In this document: piece after piece, positions 17,806-26,673 of the stretch | Numbering within the stretch: the first letter of the stretch is position 1 | How the letters are laid out: the number at the start of each line of letters is the position of its first letter | Origin: Clostridia bacterium | GTDB taxonomy: Bacteria; Bacillota; Clostridia; Monoglobales; Firm-18 | Assembly (NCBI GenBank): GCA_045660545.1 | Contig: JAZREA010000021.1 | Location: 86,503-150,502 of the forward strand | Direction of reading: 5' to 3' | DNA length: 64,000 nucleotides | Translations under genes and position numbers: made by a program | Notes under the pieces: model-generated | Told to the model about the DNA's origin: nothing | Databases searched by the model: none | Seen by the model: the letters and a program-made list of their open reading frames with translations, nothing else

Positions 17806-19788
17806 CTATTGTTCTGATTCATCTATTGCGTTCTTTAACATATCCACTACGTCAGGGATTGTCTTGTCCTTAAACTGTGCCCCCGCGATAGTCAGATGAC
17901 CTCCGCCGCCTATCCTTTCAAGCACAAGCTGCACATTATATTCCCCGAGCGAACGGCCGCTTACAACCACGCTGTCGGCGTTACGGCATACTACGAAAGA
18001 CGCCTTAATGTCCGATATATTAAGCAACTCGTCAGCCGCCTGGCTGGATATGATGTTAGCGTTTTCTTCCACCTCGTCCCAAGTGGAGATTGCAACCTTG
18101 CCAAGGTACTTTTCTGCGTTGGCAACAATTTTAGCACGTCTTATATACGCGGACATATCGTTTTGGAACAAGCGCTTAATATTAACAGTGTCAACGCCCA
18201 TTCTGCGTAAAAACGAAGCCGCCTCAAAGGTTCTTACGCCCGTCTTCATGCTGAAGTTTTTAGTATCAAGCACAATACCTGCGTAAACCGCCTGGGCCTC
18301 TTTCGGCGTAAACTTTGCGCCTTCCTTGATATACTGGAACACCTCTGTTACCATTTCGCACGCAGAAGACGCGTACGGCTCGTGATATGTCAAAACAGGC
18401 TTTTCAATGTAGTTGGGCCCACGCCTGTGGTGGTCGATAAGCACCTTGTCACGAACAACTTCCAAAAGTCTGCTTGCGTCAATGTACGCAGGGTTGTGTG
18501 TGTCTACGATTACCAAAAGCGCATCCTTTGTATCCATCATAAGCGCCTGTTGTTCACTGATAAAGGTATCCTTATAAGCCTCCTCGGTCATAAGCTCCGA
18601 CATAATGCGCTCTATGGTCGGTGTAGTGTCGCTTGTGATTATATACGCCTTTTTGCCATAAAGCTCTGCCATTTTGCAAACCGCCACCGAAGCGCCGAGG
18701 CTGTCGGCATCGGTGTTTTTGTGCCCTGTTACAAACACTACCGAGGACTGGTCGATAAGCTCTCTTAAAGCGTACGCAACAACACGGGACTTAACCCTTG
18801 TGCTGCGCCCCGTTCCCTCGCTGTTACCACCGAAGGAGCGCATATTTTCGTCGTCCTTTATAATTGCCTGGTCTCCGCCTCGTCCCAGAGCGATTTCAAG
18901 AGAAATCTTGGCATACTCCTCGCTCTTTTGGATTTCGGGAGCGTCGCCTATACCGATGCTTAGTGTGGGCGCTATGGATTTTTCGGTTTCAATTTTTTTA
19001 ATCTCATTTAAAATATCAAACTTGCCTGCAACGATGTTACAAACATTTTTGTTTTCGAAAATAACGTTGTATCTGTCCTTTTCAATTTTACGGACAACGC
19101 CCTCGTTGGCGCTTACCCAGTTGTTTATAGCCTGGTCTATTGCTGAATTAATCTTGCTTATTTTCTGTTGCGGAAGTTCTTTTGTTATATCGTCGTAGTT
19201 GTCGACTAATACTATGCAGTTTAGCGCGCGGTAGTCGTTGTATTTGTTATAAAACTCCACCTCACGCGAGTTGTCAATCCAGTACAGGACGAGGGAATAC
19301 GACTTCGCCCCATTGTCCATAAACTCTACTACATTTCCCGTAACCTTATAGTTTACGCCCTTGTAGCTTATGCTGATGTTAATGTTTTTGCGGTTTTCCA
19401 AAATCTTTAAGATTTCAACACCCGGAACAACGTCGGAAATGTGGTGCTCAAAGAAGTTGCCTCCCGTCATTTCCGAGAAGGCGTCGTTGTGCCACACAAT
19501 GTTGCCTGTAAGGTCTAAAACAGACAGCGGAAACGGTGTGTTAACCATAGAGTCCCTCGCCGCGTTAGCCGTGTGCATCTCCAAGCTCTGGATGTATCCC
19601 GTTATGTCGTCAAGCTTCTTTTTGCCGCCGACAAAGTGATAAACCGCCATACCTGCAACAGCTATAAAGCCCATCGCCGCAAGCACGTAATGCCCGCAAA
19701 ATATCGCAACAAGCGAAACCACAACAACAACCGCAAAGTAAATGTTGGTTTCAATTAATAATTTAGATAAAAACTTCTTGTTATTCAT
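17806..19788 (-). CDS. gdpP: c-di-AMP phosphodiesterase GdpP (TM-PAS-GGDEF-DHH-DHHA1)
   Basis: Two TM helices, GRGGDQ, GHKNTDADSLG, IDHHR, GGGGH. Upstream of rplI. Confidence 0.93.
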   Translation of the reverse strand: MNNKKFLSKLLIETNIYFAVVVVVSLVAIFCGHYVLAAMGFIAVAGMAVYHFVGGKKKLDDITGYIQSLEMHTANAARDSMVNTPFPLSVLDLTGNIVWHNDAFSEMTGGNFFEHHISDVVPGVEILKILENRKNINISISYKGVNYKVTGNVVEFMDNGAKSYSLVLYWIDNSREVEFYNKYNDYRALNCIVLVDNYDDITKELPQQKISKINSAIDQAINNWVSANEGVVRKIEKDRYNVIFENKNVCNIVAGKFDILNEIKKIETEKSIAPTLSIGIGDAPEIQKSEEYAKISLEIALGRGGDQAIIKDDENMRSFGGNSEGTGRSTRVKSRVVAYALRELIDQSSVVFVTGHKNTDADSLGASVAVCKMAELYGKKAYIITSDTTPTIERIMSELMTEEAYKDTFISEQQALMMDTKDALLVIVDTHNPAYIDASRLLEVVRDKVLIDHHRRGPNYIEKPVLTYHEPYASSACEMVTEVFQYIKEGAKFTPKEAQAVYAGIVLDTKNFSMKTGVRTFEAASFLRRMGVDTVNIKRLFQNDMSAYIRRAKIVANAEKYLGKVAISTWDEVEENANIISSQAADELLNISDIKASFVVCRNADSVVVSGRSLGEYNVQLVLERIGGGGHLTIAGAQFKDKTIPDVVDMLKNAIDESEQ

Positions 19789-19814
19789 AGTAACGAAGTC
19801 TCCTTTTTCGCGTG

Positions 19815-20564
19815 TTAGTTTTCCTTACGGATGTGTCTGTCTCTGCGCAAATCAAACAGAGCGTCCCACGCACCAAATATCAAAAACATACTGATTCCAA
19901 ATCCCATTGTAAAGAACATAAGCGTAAAAATAACTGTGTATATCAAAAACCTGACTACGCCAAGGCGAATTTTCTTTCTAAGCATAAAGTCTGTTACAGA
20001 AAGTCCACACACTCCCGTCGCGAAGATTAATATCGCGGCGAAGTTTAAAAAAGCGTATTTTAAAGTCGCGTTAATCGAAAGTCCAAAAGCCGCAAACGCC
20101 AAAACGCCAAAAAGCACACCAAGCTTTGACATTTTAAGCTCACTAAACTTCAAAAACATAGACACATCCTTTTTAAAGACAAACAAAACGCCCTTGCAAA
20201 TCATAATAAAAGCGTACGAAAAAGCAAGACACGTACAAACCAAAATAGAAGGAATCAGGGCAAAATAAGTACTCCTTACAGACTCGACAACAGCCCTTAC
20301 CATATCCATTTCATCCGCGGTATACAAAGTCTCTGACGCAAGTAAAAAGTCGTTAAACGCACCGTTAACCGTGCTGTCTATAATGCTTATTCCGTAGACA
20401 AGCTTGGCCGACAAAACACTGCACCCAAAAGACATTAAAAACAGTAAAGTGGAAAGAAAAACTCCTCTTAAAAAGGGTATTTTTTTCTTATATATCAATA
20501 CCGCCACAGGTATAACCCCGACCCTTAAAATTATTGATAAAATATATAACAAAGTCTCAAGCAT
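19815..20564 (-). CDS. YybS/DUF2232 family membrane protein
   Basis: Multi-TM protein in the conserved position before gdpP-rplI. Likely ATG at 20564 after GGGGAG; the track's longer N-terminus overlaps spoIIE. Confidence 0.75.
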   Translation of the reverse strand: MLETLLYILSIILRVGVIPVAVLIYKKKIPFLRGVFLSTLLFLMSFGCSVLSAKLVYGISIIDSTVNGAFNDFLLASETLYTADEMDMVRAVVESVRSTYFALIPSILVCTCLAFSYAFIMICKGVLFVFKKDVSMFLKFSELKMSKLGVLFGVLAFAAFGLSINATLKYAFLNFAAILIFATGVCGLSVTDFMLRKKIRLGVVRFLIYTVIFTLMFFTMGFGISMFLIFGAWDALFDLRRDRHIRKEN

Positions 20565-20732
20565 ATATATCTCCCCAATATAATATTCTTCATTATAACA
20601 TTTTTTGAAAAATAAGTCAACATCACGCACCCCGGCGATTAATTTTTGGTTTGGTGCCACGTTTCTACATAAAATATAATGGGCGGTGTTGTATAATTTA
20701 AGGTGCACAAATTTACTAAGGAGAAATTCAAG

Positions 20733-23042
20733 ATGAACAACACCAGAGCTGTTTTTAAAACCAAATCCGCTATAAATACGCCTATGCTCGTCCACTTTGC
20801 CGTGTCATTTTTGCTCGGGCGGGTGTTTTTGGCTGAGTGTATATCGCCGTTTGCGTCCGCGTACTTTTGTTCGTACTTAAAAACAAACAACAAAAGCACC
20901 TTAAAGACTGTCCTTACGGCGGTTATATCAATCGTCGGGGTTCTTACAACTTCACACAGAAACATGGTGCTAAGGTACGCTTTGGCGTTTGTTCTGTTTG
21001 GTATTGTACATATATCTGCAACAACCTTTGGCAAGGAAGGAGGAGAGGTTAAGCTATACTCCTCCGTTGCTGCCGCAAACTTCCTTTCAGGCCTTATATA
21101 CTACGCACAGATTGAGGGGTTTTGGCACAACCTTTTAATGCTTGCGATAGAAAGCGTGGCATGCTTTGTAATCCCCTTTGCCATACGAAGCTCCGCAGAA
21201 ATTGTGTGCGGTGAAAAGCCCGTCTCCGATATAACCGGTGAAGACACCGCCGCAATATATATTATACTCTGCGCAGTGGTTACTGGTTTTTGCGGAATGA
21301 GTGTGGGCAACATCGCCCTTTTCAAAACAATGAGCGCCCTTTTTATAATGATAATCGCCTTTGCGGGCGGATGCGGAGCGTCCACCACGTGCGGAGTTGG
21401 AATAGGGGTGTTAAACTCGCTTTTCGCATTCGAGCTTAACGAGTGTGCAGGGGTGTTTGGTTTTTGCGGCCTTTGTGCAGGTCTTATGAGCAAGAAAAAG
21501 CGCGCGGGCGTTATACTTGGGTTTGTCGTTTCGTCAAAGTTTCTTTCCATGTATTTCGGAGGATGGTCAGACAGCGTATTCTCCGACTTTGAAACAATAA
21601 TTGCTGTATGTCTTTTCTGCCTGATACCCTACTCGGTGCTGATGAAGGCAAAGACCTTTATTAACGCGGGCGCGTACAAAAGCGAGGAGCTTGGGCAAAA
21701 GATTGACAACGTCAGCAAAAAGCTACGGGAAATATCCGACACCTTTACGGCGCTGGCAGATATGTCAAAAGCACAAGTAAGCAAAACACCGATAAACCAC
21801 GCAGACATAAGCATATTTTACGACATGGCCGCGGACAAGGTGTGTAAAAACTGCGGGCTCAAATTTATATGCTGGAACAAGGAAGCCCACGACACGCGGG
21901 ACCTTATCAACAAAATGATGCCCGCACTTAAAAACAACGGATACATCACTTTGGAGGATATTCCTGACAGATTCAGGCAAAAATGTATAAAGAGCACTAT
22001 TTTCGTCAATGAATTAAACAGAATATATTCTCGCCTGAACATCGACCGAAGCAAAAGCGAGCACATAAACCAGGGCCAGCGCCTTATCTCGATGCAGCTT
22101 AACGGAATGTCCGAAATAGTCGACAACTTAACAAGCGGTATAGACAAAAGCATCATATTCGATAAATCAAACGAAAACGATATATACTGCCGCTTGGAAC
22201 AAGAGGGCGTTTCGTGCTCGGACATCAACGTCGTAAAGGACGAAAACAACATCACAAGAGTAACCATGAGGGTTAAGCAAAACAGCGCAAACTTCACAAG
22301 CACAAGCGCGCTGATAGAGACGGCAGTTTCCAAAACTCTGGGCAAGAGTATGGGCATAGAGTCATACACCTGCAAGAAAAACAAGTTTTTTATAACGCTA
22401 AGCGAAAGAGAACAGTTTGACATTATATACAGCTACAAAAGCATCCCAAAAAGCGGAGAAACAGTGTGCGGAGACAACGTTGCATTCGGCAAAATATCGG
22501 GAAGCAAGCAGGCATTTATTCTAAGCGACGGTATGGGCAGCGGAGAGCAGGCGTCTAAGATGTCCAAAGGCGCAATCGAGCTTTTACAAAAGTTTTTAAA
22601 CGCAGGCTTTGACAAGGAGGCGTCAGTTAATATGATAGGCGCTTCCCTGATGCTTGGCGGCAAAGAGATGTTCACGACGATTGATGCCGTAATTATAGAC
22701 CTGCTTTCTGCCGAGGTCGAGTTTGTAAAAGCAGGGGCAAACACATCGTATGTAAAGACCAAAAACAAGGTAAGAAAGCTCTCTTCAACCTCCCTGCCCG
22801 TCGGAATTATCGAAAACACCGAGATAGATACCTCCACCTACCGCGCAAACGACGGCGACATAATAGTAATGATAAGCGACGGCATACAAAGTGCAGCGGA
22901 CGACTGGTTCGAAGAATACCTTCTTAACATACACGAGGAAAATCCCGACATTATATGCTCGCTGCTTTTAGACGAGGCGCTGAGAAACAGAAAGCAAAAC
23001 GACGATATGACAATAGTGGTTATTAAAATTACTAAACGGTAA
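20733..23042 (+). CDS. spoIIE: Stage II sporulation protein E (PP2C phosphatase)
   Basis: About 10 N-terminal TM helices, VCKNC...CW motif, CGD, LSDGMGSG, TID, GSLPVG-like SLPVGI, MISDG, DDMT. ATG at 20733 after AAGGAG. Confidence 0.9.
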   Translation: MNNTRAVFKTKSAINTPMLVHFAVSFLLGRVFLAECISPFASAYFCSYLKTNNKSTLKTVLTAVISIVGVLTTSHRNMVLRYALAFVLFGIVHISATTFGKEGGEVKLYSSVAAANFLSGLIYYAQIEGFWHNLLMLAIESVACFVIPFAIRSSAEIVCGEKPVSDITGEDTAAIYIILCAVVTGFCGMSVGNIALFKTMSALFIMIIAFAGGCGASTTCGVGIGVLNSLFAFELNECAGVFGFCGLCAGLMSKKKRAGVILGFVVSSKFLSMYFGGWSDSVFSDFETIIAVCLFCLIPYSVLMKAKTFINAGAYKSEELGQKIDNVSKKLREISDTFTALADMSKAQVSKTPINHADISIFYDMAADKVCKNCGLKFICWNKEAHDTRDLINKMMPALKNNGYITLEDIPDRFRQKCIKSTIFVNELNRIYSRLNIDRSKSEHINQGQRLISMQLNGMSEIVDNLTSGIDKSIIFDKSNENDIYCRLEQEGVSCSDINVVKDENNITRVTMRVKQNSANFTSTSALIETAVSKTLGKSMGIESYTCKKNKFFITLSEREQFDIIYSYKSIPKSGETVCGDNVAFGKISGSKQAFILSDGMGSGEQASKMSKGAIELLQKFLNAGFDKEASVNMIGASLMLGGKEMFTTIDAVIIDLLSAEVEFVKAGANTSYVKTKNKVRKLSSTSLPVGIIENTEIDTSTYRANDGDIIVMISDGIQSAADDWFEEYLLNIHEENPDIICSLLLDEALRNRKQNDDMTIVVIKITKR

Positions 23043-23055
23043 GGAGCGGTTTTTT

Positions 23056-23283
23056 ATGTTTGACAATACAAAAAGGGTGCTTATAATCGACAATATCAAA
23101 AGCAGCAACATCCAACAGGCAATATTCATACTAAAAGACCGCAAGCAGTCTATCGGAGAATTTAACATATTAGACGAAGCCAACGGCATAATCCGTCAGT
23201 ACATCTACAACAACGAAACCGCCCTGACACGCGAGGTTAAAAAGAAAAAGCGCCTGTTCGGCAGGAGACGGCGCAAGGCATAA
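23056..23283 (+). CDS. Small hypothetical protein with basic C-terminal tail
   Basis: AAGGAG RBS, 13 nt after the spoIIE stop, 75 aa. Confidence 0.7.
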   Translation: MFDNTKRVLIIDNIKSSNIQQAIFILKDRKQSIGEFNILDEANGIIRQYIYNNETALTREVKKKKRLFGRRRRKA

Positions 23284-23329
23284 AACAAAACACCTCCGCA
23301 TACAAATAGGTATGCGGAGGTGTATTATT

Positions 23330-23590
23330 ATGGACACAAAAATATTCTTATATATAGCAGGAATACTTATATCCTGCGTGCTGATTGTCGTTTTTGCCAG
23401 ACCGATTCGTTCTTTCGTAAAGATTGCGATGCACTCTGCCATAGGCGGTGTGCTGATTGTGGCTTTCAACTTCATTTCCCAGCTTTTTGGCTTTTTCATA
23501 GGGGTTAACGCCCTTACAGCCATAACGGTAGGCGTTTTAGGCGCCCCGGGTTTTGTGATGCTTTTGATGTTACAGCTGATACTGAACTGA
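23330..23590 (+). CDS. bofA: Pro-sigmaK processing inhibitor BofA
   Basis: Small 2-3 TM protein with FIGVNALT...GVLGAPG signature. ATG at 23330 after GGAGGTG. Confidence 0.82.
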   Translation: MDTKIFLYIAGILISCVLIVVFARPIRSFVKIAMHSAIGGVLIVAFNFISQLFGFFIGVNALTAITVGVLGAPGFVMLLMLQLILN

Positions 23591-23597
23591 CAAGTGC

Positions 23598-25298
23598 TTA
23601 TTCCAAAAGGTCCTCGATATATCCCCAGATATCCGGGGTTTCAAACGTCTTGCTCCACGAGGCTATTCCCGCGAGGTCGTAGTCGTTTACAAGATCTACC
23701 CTTGCCTCTATCGAAGTCTTGTCCTCAATCCAGACCTTAAACACGCTGTTACCAACCGTCCATTCGGCGTAGTTTTGGCCTGTTTTTTTGTCATATACTA
23801 TTTCTGCATTGTTTTCTGCAATCCTTTTCGCTACCGTTTCCATGCCGACGGCAGACGTTTTTACAACTTTGCCGTTTACAGTCTCCCAGATTCGAGCATA
23901 AAACGGAACTCCGAGGACAAGCTTGTTAGCAGGCACCTCTTTAAGCGTAATTTCAAGCGCGTTCGTTGTCCACGGTATGTCTGCAACCGAGCCTGCCGTA
24001 GTGCTCCATGTGCCGTTTTGGTCGTACGCCATTAACATCACGTAGTCCGCGTGCTTTGCAATCGTTTTTCTGTCGTAGCACAAAGAGTATGTAGGGCTTG
24101 TAGCCTCGTACTTTGTAACGTCAACGCTCAGCACCCTTCCGATGCTGTGGCACATATCCGCCATTTCCTCTACAAACTTAGAATATACGTCTCTGTCGGA
24201 CTGGTACATATTTTCAAAGTCCAGATTGATTCCATCAAGGTCGTATTTTAATATGTATTCCTTCATTTTAGCAACACACGCCTTTCGGGCGGATGCGTTG
24301 TTTAAAAACTTGCTCGCTTTGGACTGGCTACCCTCGGTGTTAAACATCGCCCACACCTTGTAGCCCTCTGCCTTGCAGTCTTTGATATAATCCTTGTTTC
24401 CAAGGTCCGCTATATAAAGGTTAAGTTCAGGATAAAATTCGTGCTCATATGAATACGGCGTAAGCCCCGTGTTATCAACAAGCCTGAACCACGTGGGCGA
24501 AATTACGTTTAAGCCGTCCATATGGTTGCCCGTTTTGGTAACGCCCGGGCTGTAAATCTGGTGCCATGTAAGGTTAATCTTGCCCGATACGTCGGCGTCT
24601 ACCTCAGGCTTTGAGTCTACGGGCTCATCTGTGGAGGGCAAGTCATCTTCTTCCTCTTCCGGCTCCAGCTCTATCGTAGGGTCGGGTTCGTCCGTTAGCT
24701 CCTGGCTTGTGATATAGTCTAAAATTCTGCACACCATAGCCGCGGTTTCCCCTCGTGTTGCGGTAGCGTCAGGACGGAAGGTGTTGTCGGGGTAGCCCGT
24801 AATAATTCCGTTACCCACCGCCGCACATATGTAATAATAGTACTTGTCTGTGCGCTTTATGTCGCTAAATGAGGCGCTGCCGCCTCCTAAGTCTAAGGAG
24901 TTGACTATCATAACCACCATTTCTTCTCTGGTTATAAGGTCGTCAGGGCGAAAAGCGTCGCCAACTTTTTCTTCCAGGACATCCTCTTCGCTCGCCGTAC
25001 AGATATAGCTGTAACACCACTTGTCCGTCGGCACGTCTTCAAAGTACTGCTCGTCGTACGTCTGGTAGTTACCGTAGCGCATAGTTATCAAAAGCTTGAC
25101 AAACTCACCTCTTGTAATCGTGTTGTCAAGCCTGAACGTTCCGTCGGGGTATCCGTTCATTATATGAAGGTCAATTAGTCTTTGTGCGTAGCCTTCGGCC
25201 CAGCTTCCCGATATATCAGAAGCTGCAAAAGCGCTAAAAGGCGCTAAACAAAACGCCAAAGCCAATATTAAAAGAATGGATATAATTCTTTTTTTCAA
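23598..25298 (-). CDS. Secreted SLH-domain / GH18 glycoside hydrolase
   Basis: Signal peptide, SLH repeats (GYPDGTFR, GYPDNTFRP, TRGE), acidic linker, GH18 catalytic DGINLDFE, LMAYDQ. TTG at 25298 fits the AAAGGGG RBS. Confidence 0.87.
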   Translation of the reverse strand: MKKRIISILLILALAFCLAPFSAFAASDISGSWAEGYAQRLIDLHIMNGYPDGTFRLDNTITRGEFVKLLITMRYGNYQTYDEQYFEDVPTDKWCYSYICTASEEDVLEEKVGDAFRPDDLITREEMVVMIVNSLDLGGGSASFSDIKRTDKYYYYICAAVGNGIITGYPDNTFRPDATATRGETAAMVCRILDYITSQELTDEPDPTIELEPEEEEDDLPSTDEPVDSKPEVDADVSGKINLTWHQIYSPGVTKTGNHMDGLNVISPTWFRLVDNTGLTPYSYEHEFYPELNLYIADLGNKDYIKDCKAEGYKVWAMFNTEGSQSKASKFLNNASARKACVAKMKEYILKYDLDGINLDFENMYQSDRDVYSKFVEEMADMCHSIGRVLSVDVTKYEATSPTYSLCYDRKTIAKHADYVMLMAYDQNGTWSTTAGSVADIPWTTNALEITLKEVPANKLVLGVPFYARIWETVNGKVVKTSAVGMETVAKRIAENNAEIVYDKKTGQNYAEWTVGNSVFKVWIEDKTSIEARVDLVNDYDLAGIASWSKTFETPDIWGYIEDLLE

Positions 25299-25456
25299 CC
25301 TTTTGTCCCCTTTCGACAAATATACTTAAATTATAACAGACAATCTTATATTTTGACAATAGAAATTTTTTACATGTAACAAAAAATTAACTTGATTCGT
25401 TTTACCAAAAGGGGTATAATAAGCGTGAATATTGTACATATAAGGAGAATGCCGAT

Positions 25457-26302
25457 ATGAAAAACGGTTCGACTTTAGTTGTTATGGCTGCCGGTATGGG
25501 TAGCAGATTTGGCGGAATAAAGCAAATCGCTCCAATGGGCCCCAACGGCGAAATTATAATCGACTTTTCGGTATATGATGCGCATAAGGCGGGCTTTGAC
25601 AAGGCTGTGTTTATTATTAAAAAGGAAATTGAAAAGGATTTCCGTGACATATGCGGCAAGCGCATAGAGAAAATGATGGACGTAGACTATGTGTTCCAGG
25701 ACTACTCCTCGCTTCCCGACTGGTTCTCTGTCCCAAGCGACAGAGTTAAGCCTTACGGAACAGTGCACGCCCTTTTGTGCGCGAAGGACAAGGTTAAAAC
25801 ACCTTTTATCGCAATTAACGCGGACGACTATTACGGCGTAACTACACTCGGAATTATGAACGACTACCTTTTAAAAGACGGTGGTATGTGTATGGCAGGC
25901 TTTAAGCTCGGCAACACAATTACCGACAACGGCACGGTTTCCCGTGGTGTATGCGTGGTAGAAGACGGATATTTAAAAGAAATCAAAGAACACAAAGAGC
26001 TTGACAAGAACAGCGGTATCCCGCTTGATACTACGGTATCTATGAATATGTGGGGATTTAAGCCGGACATCTTCGACCTTATGGAAACATCGCTTGATAA
26101 GTTTTTAAAGAATATTAAAGACCCATTAAAAGACGAGCACATCTTAACAGACTTTATCTTCGAGCTTATTAACGAAAAGGACGCAAAGATAAAGGTGCTT
26201 GACACATTCGACAAATGGTATGGGGTTACATACAGCAAGGACACACCTATGGTGCGCGAAGCTTTGTGCGAGTTAATCAATCAGGGCAAGTACAACTGGT
26301 AA
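25457..26302 (+). CDS. Sugar-phosphate nucleotidyltransferase family protein
   Basis: MAAGMGSRFGGIKQ, KPYGT, INADDYYG, WYGVTY. Confidence 0.85.
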   Translation: MKNGSTLVVMAAGMGSRFGGIKQIAPMGPNGEIIIDFSVYDAHKAGFDKAVFIIKKEIEKDFRDICGKRIEKMMDVDYVFQDYSSLPDWFSVPSDRVKPYGTVHALLCAKDKVKTPFIAINADDYYGVTTLGIMNDYLLKDGGMCMAGFKLGNTITDNGTVSRGVCVVEDGYLKEIKEHKELDKNSGIPLDTTVSMNMWGFKPDIFDLMETSLDKFLKNIKDPLKDEHILTDFIFELINEKDAKIKVLDTFDKWYGVTYSKDTPMVREALCELINQGKYNW

Positions 26303-26306
26303 AATT

Positions 26307-26672
26307 GGCTGTGGTAAAATGCGCACACCTCGCCATATAAAAACAGGCTGTATCAAAATGATTTCATTTTGATACAGCCTGTTCTTTTATTGTGTTTTCA
26401 GCTAAGTGGTCTGTGCATTTTTCTACGCCCGCTTTTTGGGGTGGACGAAAAATAGTGCAGATTGGACAAACTAAGCCCGCAGGGGTTACCCGAAGGCGTA
26501 CATAGGTACGCCGAGCGGCGCAGTTTGTTCAAAATACAAGGCATAAAAAAACAGAAATTCGTCCTCAGACGAATTTCCGCCTTAATTATAACTTAAAAAT
26601 CAAAATTATAAGTTCTGCTACAACCACATTTTATTTTCTTGCCTTGTGTGGTCTGTGCATTTTTCGCCACCC
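26307..26672. repeat. Composite intergenic repeat, copy 2 (nested ends)
   Basis: Ends 26307-26328 and 26643-26672, internal end copy 26406-26430, 19-bp hairpin 26342-26383, core 26433-26550, hairpin 26554-26577. Confidence 0.8.
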
Positions 26673-26673
26673 A

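Noticed and set aside
19815-20795. Track start at 20795 for the DUF2232 gene overlapping spoIIE
   Set aside because: ATG at 20564 has an RBS and removes the head-to-head overlap.
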